Assembly (NCBI GenBank): GCA_052426225.1
Contig: JBNJNM010000008.1
Span: 806,001-870,000, forward strand
Direction: 5' to 3'
Source of the DNA: Zancudomyces culisetae HAW-14-8
Lineage: Eukaryota > Fungi > Kickxellomycota
Length of the DNA stretch: 64,000 bases
This document shows, one piece after another, positions 25,547 to 36,954 of the stretch. The first letter of the stretch is position 1; each line of letters opens with the position of its first letter. The translations under genes and the position numbers were made by a program. A model generated the notes under the pieces. It made no database searches. It worked only from the letters and a program-made list of their open reading frames with translations, and had not been told where the DNA came from.

Positions 25547-28500
25547 ATGGAAGCAACAGTAGAGGAAGAAAAAAAGGCGGTGCCAGAGATATTCACACTC
25601 ACACCCCTAGATATCATTGAATCGTATCAAGAAGTAAGCAATGATCTCGATATTAATCCTGGTTATGATACACAGGAAATTAGATCTTGGCTACTTGATG
25701 TCTTTAAACAAACTTGTGGTTTTTTTTTCACTCTTATTCAAAATAGAAAATGTTGGAAAACTACGAGAAGATGAACAGGGATCTGGCTGGAAAATCAGAG
25801 ATGGAAGCACATGCAATCTTACAGGAAATTGTAAGAAAATACAAGAATCTATATATACTATTTGCGTATTCACTTTTAAACTTTTTTAAATTCCGATATC
25901 TAATGAAATCAATAATAGGCATCAGGAAGTATGGAAAGTCATTGTGATCTGATAGATGGATTGTTGTATGGCATCTTGGTGTTTCCGGAACGAGCAGCAG
26001 CGGTAAGCAGTTTGCATTTGTGATACATACATGACTTATTAGACTAAATAGCCATCAGAAATAAAACTTTTTCTTTGGGGATGGGATGGGGTTAATAAAT
26101 AACGATAGGATTACGGTCGGATGATGTTTGTGACAAGAGACGGATTTGCACATTTGATCCATCGGTTAAAGCAGATTTCATTTGCACCAAAGTTTTATAC
26201 GATTAAGGATAATGCAAGAAGACAGGTAAATTGATATGCTTTATTCGATTCGGTTGGTGTACTTGTTATATATAAATCACACACAATACAAGAAACAAGT
26301 TTATTGAAGTACAAATGGATATATAAAATTTAGTTATTTTGGTTGCTGAATGAGCTTATCGGTCTGAACATACAGGAAATATATCAGGTATTACTTATTT
26401 TGACACGGCAAATGAGAGGAGGCGATATATCAATAGCTAACGTGAAGCTATGTCAGTATATGCTGGATTTTGTTCGAGTTAACAAGTAAGTAAAAAAAGA
26501 AAAAGAATGTTAAAATGTGCAAATAGGGATCGTGGCATAAAGAGAGGGGGTACTAAAGACAAAAATTAATATATTAATAAAAGGGAATGGGTTTACCAGC
26601 AGCCAAATCTTGTACCAACACTGGTTTATGCATTCAGCCGGTTGGCATTGGACCACAGCAAATTTATTGACTTGAGAGAGCAAGAGTGTGAAATAGTAGT
26701 GATGTTTATAAAGGAAAAGGTGAGTTATAGCATGCAAAGAGAATACGAGGCAGATTTCGATGTTTTATTAGTTATAAAACGACAGATAATAATAAATATT
26801 GGACATATATAGTTTTTAGAATGTGGCGTGATAGGAAGAGATTTGGTAAGGGCGCTACAAGATATAGGCAAATTGCCAAGGATCAAAGAATTATGGGAAG
26901 AGATACTAAAAAATCCCAAAGGGATCCACGAACAGTTTGAAGGAGTGGGGCAGTTGCTGAAAGTACCGACTCCAAAGCATTTTTTGATGAACAGAGTGAC
27001 GATAGAGATGGAGTACAAGTTGATGTTTATAATGGAGCGACTGAGGATGCAAGGGTTTTACAAGCATTTAATGTGGTTTATACAGCAGTACCTGTCAACG
27101 CCAGAATCAGGAAGCTTGTTATGTGATGTGATAAGGTATATAGTTGGAGTGATTCATCCAACAAACCAGCAGCTGGCATCTGATTTAGTTCCACGATATG
27201 TAGTGTTGGGCGCACTGTTTCGGATGGTCAGGTCACCAGTGGTTGCAGCAAATTGTAAACTGGCGTTTGTGTATGACTTGGTGTTTTACAATGTGGAGGC
27301 AGATAATATTATGAATATTGAGCCAGCAGCATTGTTTATAGAAAAATCGATGGAAAAGTATAGTTTTATGTCTGCGGCAATAATAGAGTTTATATATTAC
27401 ATATCCGAGTCATATAGCTTGGAATTAAGCCAAGAAATCAAAAAATCAATAGAAGGAGCAGTAGAAGATGCACTGAAAAAGGGGGTGATATCAAGTCTCG
27501 AGAGTATATATGAGCACGGAGGGATATCCAAATGTGTTAAGAAGGAGATGCTAAAACTGTTTCCAAATATTTTAAGTGCCAAAATGAACGTGAATGACGG
27601 CCTAGATAATGAAAAACAGCCAGTGGAGATGGATGCAGACAAAGTGTATAGCCTAGAAGATAACAACCAAGGGTCGCAAGAAAATGAAGATGGTTATGGT
27701 GATGGTGATGGTGATGATTATAGTGATGGTGATGGTAATGGTAATGGTGATGGTGATGGTGATAATATATATGATCTTGACAAGCATTTGTATGATACAC
27801 AATCTGTTATCGATAACCAAGGATATACAGGGTTAAATATCAGCTATGAGGTTGGAGATATGGGGGGTATGGGTGATATAGGAGAGCCAGAGTTATATAA
27901 AATAAATGGTTCGCCTGAATATAATGGTGGTATGTATACTGATAGTGGAATTGAAGAACAGGTGGAATTTACCAATGAAAGTACTGGAGAGAGTATGGGA
28001 AGCGTTGAAGGAGAAGAAGGGAGGGGTGATGAAGACGAGATGGCCGAGGGCGATGAAGAGGAAGAAGAAGGGGAAGGAGCAGAGGCGAACAAGGAACTTC
28101 AGGAGCTGTTTGGAAACTCAGCGCTGTGGATGTTTGGGGAAATGTTTAGGCAGTTGTATGCGGCAATAGTTGAGGAAAGGCCACCGACAGAGAGCAAGGA
28201 GTTGATCCAGGAGATTACCAAAATATATATGGAAACACAAGTGTCGAGCGAAGTAATAGGTAAACTGTTGGGTAGATTAATGCAGCTTACGGAGCTCGAG
28301 GATGTAGAAATGAACATAGAGTTTGAAAGCAACCAAAACGATGAGGCTGTTGAACATGATTTATTACATGAGATTTTTGAATCTATAGTGGCAGAGATAG
28401 GAATAACTCATAGACAGAGTCAACAAACGAAAAAAGATAGCGAAAGAATATATGGGGATGGGGATGAGGATGGTGGTGGTGGTGATGGCATTAGAGGTGA

Positions 28501-29497
28501 AGAGTATGAAAGGGTGGTGGAGTTGCTAGCGTACATGTACATAGAGTTCGAAGATGTGGTGGGGTATCGGTGGTTTATGTATAACCTGCTGTATTTAAGG
28601 CATTCTGAAATGTACAGCAGAGTTATAGAAAGTGTAGCAGCTAAAACAAGCCAAAGCCAACAAGAAGAAAGCAAAAGGCAAAGACAAAAGGAGTTGTATG
28701 AAATGGATATGGAGCGATTTAAAAACAACTTTGAAGGGTTATTTTATTGCAATTTAGACGTGATATATAGCCGTTTTTGGAGGGTGATGGTTGGGAACTA
28801 TGAGATTCTGAGGTTGGTGGTGCAAATGGTTCTTCCATATCAACTACAAAGGCTAGTGTATTGGATAAGCACAAGAAAGATGAGTTTGTACGGGGTCAAA
28901 GACTGGGAAGGAAAACGGAATAGCGGAAATGGTGTGGAGGGTAAAAACAGGCAGATAATAGAGGATGTGATAATGCGGACAATTGAATGGGAACCTAATG
29001 ACCAAGTAAATGTATGGCAACTACTGTTGACCGAGATTAAATCATTTGATAATAAGATGGAGCAGGTAGGAGAGGAGTGGATGAATAAGATTCTGCAGAA
29101 CGGACATATAAGTAAGAATGAAGATGGAGGAGATGGGCATGAAGATGGGAATGGGGATAGGAACGAGGATGTTGGGCAGCAGGAGTTTGTAAAGGAGCTG
29201 ATTCGGTATTTTTTCCCAGTCGAGCAACAAAATGGAGAAGAGACAGGAATGGATTTAAAAGAAAAAGTCAAGGACTGGACACTACACTCAGAGGTAGTTA
29301 ATGGACTATACATGATACTGGTTAGTACCAGGCCAGACGGAGAAATGGTTAGTTTACTGACCGAATATGTCAAGAAGAAGGGGGATAGTAACTGGTTCTC
29401 TGTGAATATTAACAAATGTGATACATATTTCAGGTATATTCCGATAATGACCTTGAATAGTTGGGTAAATTCAAACAAGCAAGTTTTAAAGTTATAG
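25547..29497 (+). CDS. INTS3: Integrator complex subunit 3 / SOSS-A homolog (about 7 exons; a short terminal exon to 29569 is possible)
   Basis: IFTLTPLD; DLIDGLLYGIL; FVTRDG; ILTRQMRGGDISIANVKL; CGVIGRDLVRALQDIGKLPRIKELWEEIL; WFIQQYLSTPESGSLLCDVIRYIVGVIHPTNQQLASDLVPRY; NCKLAFVYD; NIMNIEPA. These are INTS3 N-terminal domain motifs. Confidence 0.9.
27692..27763 (+). repeat. (GGTGAT/GGTAAT)n coding repeat giving a Gly-Asp/Asn tract in INTS3
   Basis: ggttatggtgatggtgatggtgat...ggtaatggtaatggtgatggtgatggtgat. Confidence 0.8.
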
Positions 29498-29585
29498 TAG
29501 ATGACATTTATTAGTAATAAAAAAAATTAAATAAAATAAAAGAGAGATATGAAGAAAGTAAAGCAGTGATGGGGTGATGAAAGAC

Positions 29586-32500
29586 TTAGCCAAAAGTCTG
29601 ACTAATCTTGGAGTAGCGTTTGAGTTTGGAGAGACGCCATTCATTTGGTTTTTCAAATTTATTGTACAGAGGTTCGATTTTCTCGTTTTGTTTGATTTTG
29701 GAGATTTTGTGGAGATCAGCAACCTTGAAAAAGGTAGGAGCAGTTTCAAGCAACCATTTGGGTTGGATGGAAGTGACTTCGCGCATATACTCCTTAGTAG
29801 TCATAACTAGTTCGTGATAAATAACAAATTCAGGAGCCTTGTTAAACAGAGCGCTGCTGGGATGCAAAAACACAGGAGTTCCCTCAACCAAGGTTTTATA
29901 GCCTTCGGTGGGATCCTTTTTGGCAGCATGACGGAAAAAGCCAGCGCATAGAGCCTTACAAACATTTATGTAGTTGGGTTTGGAAGTAGAAGCGGAGGTT
30001 AGAACATCGATCTTGTAGCGGTCCATGATCCCAAGAATCTGTTTGCGAATATCGGCAGCGCGGCGAAGACTTCGGCTAACGACAAAGTTATCAAAGCACC
30101 ACGAGTTGGAAAATTTGGAGCGTTTCCAGGCATTATAAACAGCCAGCAGAGTTATGTGATCGCCTTCTTCAGCATGGAATTTAAGCTTCTTGGAATCGGC
30201 CAGAGCCTGCTTTTCCTTGGGGCGGTAGAAGATGGTTGAGCCGACCGTCAACATGGCAACAATGGTCAGCACGTCATCGCTACAGTTAAGTTCTGCGCTG
30301 ATCAACAACGTCTTGGACAGCTCGGGATTCATTGGAAACTCAGCCATCTTGCGGCCCAGGCGAGTCAGCAAGCCGTCATCATCAAGAGCGCCTAACGAGT
30401 ACAACAGCTCAAGAGCAGAAATCAGGGTCTGGGCTGGTGGTGGGTCCATAAAGTCAAAGCCAATCAGGTCGTTGATACCCATAGCCTTAAGAGTCAGGAC
30501 GGATGACGACATGTTTGTGCGCTGGATTTCAGGAACGGTGTTCGGTAGCATCTCGTTACGATATGCCGCCTCAGTATACAGGCGGTAACACTTGCCAGGA
30601 CCTGTACGGCCAGCACGACCAGAACGCTGGCGAGCTTGGGCCTGGGAAATAGGCGTGACAACCAGCTGGTCCATCCCAGCCTTGGGGTCGTAAATGTTCT
30701 GCTTGACAAAGCCAGGATCAACAACATAGTAGATACCATCTATAGTAATTGATGTTTCAGCTATGTTTGTTGCAATAACAAGTTTGCGTGAACCAGGTGG
30801 AGCTGGCTCAAAGATACGCGATTGCATCTCGGATGGCAGCGAGCTGTACACCGGAAGAATAATCAGCTCAGGCACCATCGATCCCAGTGCCTTCATGCGC
30901 TCGTACAGAATCTCACACGCAGTGTCGATTTCCTCCTGACCCGTCAGAAACAGCAGGATATCACCAGCAGGTTCGGTCAAATGAATATGCATAACGGTGA
31001 TCAGAGCAGAGTCTAGATAGTCAGATTCCGGCTCACGGGCATACAACACTTCAACAGGATACGTACGACCCGGAATCGTAAAGATTGGCGCGTTGTAAAA
31101 ATACTTGCTGAACTTTTCAGCATCCAAAGTTGCCGATGTCACAATTAGTTTTAGGTCTGTACGTGCTTTGATTGTGCTCTTCAACAGCCCAAACAACACA
31201 TCCGTTGCAATGGTGCGCTCGTGCGCCTCGTCAAGTATTATTACTGAGTAACTCTTCAGCTGCGGATCAATTAGAATCTCTCTCATTAACATTCCATCCG
31301 TCATAAACTTGATTCTCGTCTCGCTACTTGTGCAGTCCTCAAACCGAATCGTATATCCAACCTCTGCTCCCAATCGACACCCGACTTCTTCTGCCACTCG
31401 CTTCGCCACACTACCCGCTGCCATTCGTCGTGGTTGTGTACACCCAATTCGCTTGCCTCGATTTAGTCCCTCTTCATAAATATACTGCGCCATTTGCGTG
31501 GTTTTTCCTGACCCCGTGTCTCCTACCACTATCAAGATTTGGTTTTCTTCTATTGCGTTGATTAGAGACTGCCGCAGTTTGTACACTGGAAGGCTTTTTC
31601 TCTGTTCCACAATCGATAAATTTGTTATTTTGCCATATGTAAGGTTTTTGTTTTGCACAACTCGTTTCCACTCTGGTTGGTCAGCATTCCGCTTTGCTCC
31701 AATATCCATCCCCATCCCCATTCCCACTCCTGTATCTGCTGCTTTAGCTTCCAATGCAAAGCTCCGCTCACCAGGTCCCGCCATTGGATCTACCCATGCC
31801 GCATTTACATCCCTCGCCACACTATCTACCTCGTTTTGCAACTCCTGGTTCTTCATCTCCTTTCGCTCTTTCGCCAGTGCCGCTCCCGCTAACGCTGCCC
31901 GATTCAGTGTACCATCAGGTGCCTTCACTACTTTGATAGGGCTTAGCTGTAGTGATGTATGTGTTTGGCCTCGTAGAAACTGTGGCTCCTCCTCTCGCAG
32001 CTCTATATCTATCTCCTCCTCCATCTCATTATCATCAAACTCTCCATCCTCGTCATGTTCTCTTCCTGTCTCATCCAAATACATGGATCCGTCCATAGCC
32101 CCTGCTGCAATCAACTGTCTCAGCTCCCACCTCTCTGGCGAGCTTATCCGTTTTGTCCCTCTGCCCCCGCCTTGGATAACTGCGTCTCTCCCTCGTGCTT
32201 TGCTTTGCTCCTCATACTCATCTTCCTCATCATCATCGTCTCCACCTTTCCCATCATTGACCAACTCCCTTCCTGGATACAAGTGTGGTGTCAAATCTCT
32301 TCCCGTCACCTGGTCTACATCCTTCATTGATAATCCTATTCTTGTTCCTACCACAGACATTACTTTTACATACACCTGTTGATCTCTCTTTATCACCTCT
32401 CGGATATTATTTATTCGCATTCCGGCTTGAATTGCTGTTATATGCACCATCCCCTCCGTCTTTTCTTTCACTCCCTCCAACCTAACAAAAACCCCGAAAT

Positions 32501-33294
32501 CCTTGATAGTTGTCACTCTCCCCTTATAGATCTTGTACTCCACTGCGCTTTCATCCGCCCGTTCGCCTCCTCGCTCTTTTCTACCACCATACTTTGATTC
32601 ATGTCGACTGTCTCTTCGTTCCCTATCTCTGCTTCGATCCCTACTTCTACTCCTCTTTCTACTTTTTCTACCTCTACTCCGATCTCTGCTTCTACTTCGA
32701 TCTCTACCTCTTCTATCTCTGCTTCGCTCTCTACTTCGTTCTCTGCTTCGTTCTCTGCTTCTACTTCGATTTCTACCTCTTCTATCTCTGCTTCGCTCTC
32801 TACCCCTCTCCCTCTCCCTCTCTTCCCCCCTACTCGCTTCGATTTTCCCTTCGATTTCCTATTTATTTTCGATCAATTGGTTACTTGTACACTTTCAAAT
32901 TATATTTCGTATATTGTACACAAAGCTCACTTACCTGGTATTCTTTATTTGGAATATGTAGACCTGGATATTTCTTTGCTCTATACTCCCTCTCTAGTTC
33001 TTGATCCCGTTCCTCATCATCTTTGTTCTCTGCATCACTACCCTTTACATGATTCTCACCTTTCTTTGGTAGCATCGTATTTATTAGCCGATCAAGAGTT
33101 CCAACAAACGATTCTGAAAATCCAGCTTCAGCATCTTGTAGCTTCTGTTTGAATTCCTCGAGATCCTTGCTGTTTCGATTCAAATCAATCACAAACTCTG
33201 CCAAGTCATTGTCTTGTATCCCTATATGATTGTACAGCTCTGAAGATATTTTATTCACCAACGACAGATATTCTAGTCTCTCAAGCTCCTCCAT
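29586..33294 (-). CDS. PRP22: Pre-mRNA splicing DEAH helicase Prp22/DHX8 (exons 33294-32935, 32858-29586)
   Basis: N-terminal [22 protein letters not shown] domain, S1 domain, [36 protein letters not shown]-terminal [17 protein letters not shown]. Confidence 0.96.
32684..32803 (-). repeat. 51-bp near-perfect direct duplication (offset 69 bp) in the RS domain of PRP22
   Basis: 32684-32734 and 32753-32803 differ at one base. Confidence 0.8.
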
Positions 33295-33869
33295 TGCCGT
33301 TCCTTTCTATTTCGCTTAGTCTTCGATATTATATTTATATTTTTTTAACAAGTCCCTGTAAGATCTTTGAGTAAAGAGTTATCTATGTTTGAAATCTTTT
33401 AGTCTATTAAATGCATGTATAATTCTCAAGCTTTTATATATTGTTAATCTTTTGTATTAGCTGAGTGTTAGGTACTAGTTTTTTGTTTTATAGCATCAAA
33501 ACACGACACGCTTCTTTTATTTTTTTTTTATTTCATCAACATTTACTTGCAAAAATTTCATGCATATATTTAAACGAAGGGGAAAAAAAAAATTCATCAG
33601 CCTTCCCTACCTCCCGCACGTCTTCCAATATCTTTTTTTCCAATTACCTTTTTCTCCTTCTTTTTTCGACCTGTTGCTACGAAATTGAGAAAAAATAGTG
33701 GTGTATTTGCCTAATTTGAAATTACGCAATCAATTTTCTAGCTAATTGTTTTGTGTACTTCTTTTTAAACTACAATTTGCACTAAACAAATAAAGTACCA
33801 TTAGTTAAATCAGATTCACATCTCTACTAAATCAAACACCAAGAAAACAATCAAATAAACATTGCTAAA

Positions 33870-34643
33870 ATGTCTAACAAACAGAACAGATCATCCGAAT
33901 TCGCTTTACACGACACCCTGAAATATGGTCCTTCCAGATTCGATCAAGAAATCACCGCTTCAAGCGAGTTTGAGGCACATTTGAACAATGTAGGTTTTTC
34001 TCCACTATATCCATCAGGCTTCGTGGAATATCTTTATTATATATCGTATACTATCATACATTTACCCAAATCAAGCAATACTAAAATAAACGTAAACAAA
34101 CAAATACTATAGTACAATAAGAACCAGCTGAATGAAAAAATTAAAATGCAAAAAGCCGCTTTTGGTGCCCATATGCCACTACGAACAATGATAGAGCTTG
34201 AAAATGTATCGAGGGTAAGTACCGATAAATATATCTTTTTATACTTTTCTCTTATCATCTTTTATATTTTTATTTGAATCCTTACCTCCAGCTTTTGGTC
34301 CTTTCTGCTCTTCATATCCCCTTTGTCTGTTTCTAAGTTACTAGAAATTACATATTACACAAAATAGCCTATGCGTCCCATGTTGTATACACCCACATCG
34401 AATTTCCAGACTGATATATTGCATGGTAGGGATGAAATCGTCGATGAACACGACTTGTTCGCCAGAGGTATGTATTTTTGTCGGATTTTTCTGTACACAT
34501 CTAGCCTCTACTTTACATTATTACTGCTTTTCAGTTCAACCATATAGAATATGTTACTAATCTATTGACAAAAAAAAACCCGTGTAGAATTTAACGGCGA
34601 AAATCTGGATGTACACGAATCAATCATAAAAGCCTTCAAATAA
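33870..34643 (+). CDS. UMP1: Proteasome maturation factor UMP1/POMP (4 exons)
   Basis: HDTLKYG...FEAHLNN|YNKNQ...AFGAHMPLRTMIELENVSR|...SNFQTDILHGRDEIVDEHDLF...DVHESI. Confidence 0.87.
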
Positions 34644-34997
34644 AACTGATAGGTATACCTACCCTTTTTCTGTAAAAGCTCTTTTATCTCCGTACTGTGT
34701 GTTCAACCTTCAATTAGGAAGTATAATAGCTCCACTATTTTTGAAAAGTACCACTTTTTTTTTCTGTGTTTTTTATTAGCAACCTACCCACTACTTTTTT
34801 TTTAAAAATGCAACTTTATGTTCACATCAGTAAACTCCATCTTGAAACTTAGCCCAACTTGCAACTCAACACAAAAAAAAACCGAGTGGTATTAGTCGTC
34901 GAGTAAAGGGGAACTTGCATTTGTTTGCAGCAATTACAAATTTGATGCCTTTATTAATCCTTGGCAAAATTTTAGAAATACAAAAAAATAAAAATGA

Positions 34998-35080
34998 TAG
35001 TGGCTGTGGGGTTCGAACCCACGATCGAATATTTCGAATAGATCTTAAGTCTACCGCCTTAACCACTCGGCCAAACCACT
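34998..35080 (-). tRNA. tRNA-Leu (TAA)
   Basis: Minus strand: AGTGGTT TGGCCGAGTGGTTAAGGC G GTAGA-CT-TAA-GA-TCTAT, variable arm TCGAA..TTCGA, GTGGGTTCGAACCCCAC, AGCCACT-A. Confidence 0.96.
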
Positions 35081-35156
35081 TATTTTTTGTCGTATAAATA
35101 TATAGATCATAATGTATAGTAGGTTAATCTACTGTAAATCTCTATTATTCATACTG

Positions 35157-35234
35157 ATTGTCTGATTGTTGCAGATGCTTGCACATCTGTTTTCACCATT
35201 GTGGTTTTCCTTTGTGCAGCAACAATCAGACAAT
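35157..35234. repeat. Perfect 16-bp inverted repeat / long hairpin
   Basis: ATTGTCTGATTGTTGC (35157-35172) and GCAACAATCAGACAAT (35219-35234); inner TGCACA/TGTGCA can extend the stem. Confidence 0.85.
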
Positions 35235-36253
35235 GGTTTACTTTATTACTATTAGGATTTTATAATACTTTATATAACAAACTACTTAAATAGCGACGAC
35301 AAGGTCTAAGGATACCTTGTTCGGGATTTTATACTCTTTCTTCTAGCGTTTATTATACCAACGATAACTAAATAAAAGATTCTTAACTACAGTTAACTAG
35401 TATTTTAGGAAGGTCCTGGACCAATTTTAAACATTAAGTAATAGTGATTACAGCTTCGTCGTACTGTAATACACTCAATATTTTTATACAATATACAATT
35501 TTTCATACGACATTTTTTTTAACATTTTTATAAAATTTTATATGTTTACTTTAATTTGTGGTATTATATTTAGTATTGTTTTTTTATTATTATTAAATAT
35601 TTACAGAAAAATAGTTAAAGTATTGATAGTAATGTTTAGAATATATGGTATTCTTGTATCACTACTATTCTATATAAAAACAAAAAAAATTATTATAAAT
35701 TGTATTTTAACAAGTATTATGCTGAATTCTCAAGATTTAGTAATAATTTTCTTAATTCTAGTTAATTTTTGAAGATTTCACTGAAAGAAATATTTGTGGC
35801 TTGCTTTTAAACTCAAGCCATTTGATCATAAACTTCTATAATTTCACATTTTGATATAATTAAAGTAGTTGAGTGTTTATAGCCAAGTTAGCATAGAGCG
35901 CTTCGCCAAGTTAAATATCATCAAATTTTGAATTCCTAACTTGTATTTTACAGTAGTTAGTTCAGCAAAAAAACAGTACAAAAACCATTAACTTTTATAA
36001 ACTTTGTCTTTAAAGATTTATAGAGTAATCTAAGACAAGATCCAAGATATGAACATTGGCACTTTAAATTCTTTTTTTGAATTAATTATTTATTACAGGG
36101 CAAAATGTATCATTAAAACATAGTTGTATATGTTGATATAACTTTTTGGCTGACCATCATCAGCAAATAAACTCGGGTTTGCTGCGGAACGCCTAATCGC
36201 CACTACCTACAAAATAATTTATTAATTCCAATACAATTAGCGTCGTCTAAACC

Positions 36254-36260
36254 CGCGAAA
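36254..36260. promoter_or_regulatory. Candidate SCB/E2F-like element (CGCGAAA) upstream of RAD51
   Basis: acccgcgaaat, plus TCGCGAA at 36449; function inferred. Confidence 0.35.
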
Positions 36261-36954
36261 TCTACATATTTTCGAATCATTATTTTTTTTTGCCAAATCT
36301 TTATTTTATCAATTATTGTTTTGGTTTTCTTGATATCGCAGCAAATTGAATTATTTATTATTATGTAAAATTAAGGGGTTAAGCGGAACAATGTAGAAAA
36401 AAATCGAAATAAGGCTATTCTAAAGTTTAGCCAATAGTTTACAATAAGTCGCGAATACCCTCTATCCTGGATGAAAACCAACTGGTTAGCTTTTGCTGTG
36501 TTGTATTCAAAATTAAATAAAAATATCAAATATGCTTGATTGTTGATAACACAGGGAAATTGCCGTTGAATTATGGTGTTTATTTGAACACTATTCGCCA
36601 GTCGAAATTATCGAACTTGTATTAACCCATTTTCATCATTATCAAAAAAAATTTGCTAAACCAAAATTATTTAATAGCATTCGAATAAAACTTTACCCTC
36701 CTACCTGTAGTAAGCGCCGAAAAAAAAAGCTGTTGGCCAGATTTATAAATGGTTTGTTTTCAATTTTTATGCGCTTTCTCTTGTTTTCATAAAATTATTC
36801 ATAGTCTCATAATTTTCATTTATTTAAAGAGAGGACAGCTCCTAAGTTCAGGTAATAGAACATAGAATATAAAATATAAATATAGAAATATTAATCTTAA
36901 CACAGGTTTACCCGTCCGGTAATAGAAAGAACAAAAAAGTAAATATAACACAGT

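Noticed and set aside
31498-33152. Long + strand ORFs (294, 183, 164, 142 aa)
   Set aside because: Antisense shadows of the purine-rich, low-complexity PRP22 coding strand.
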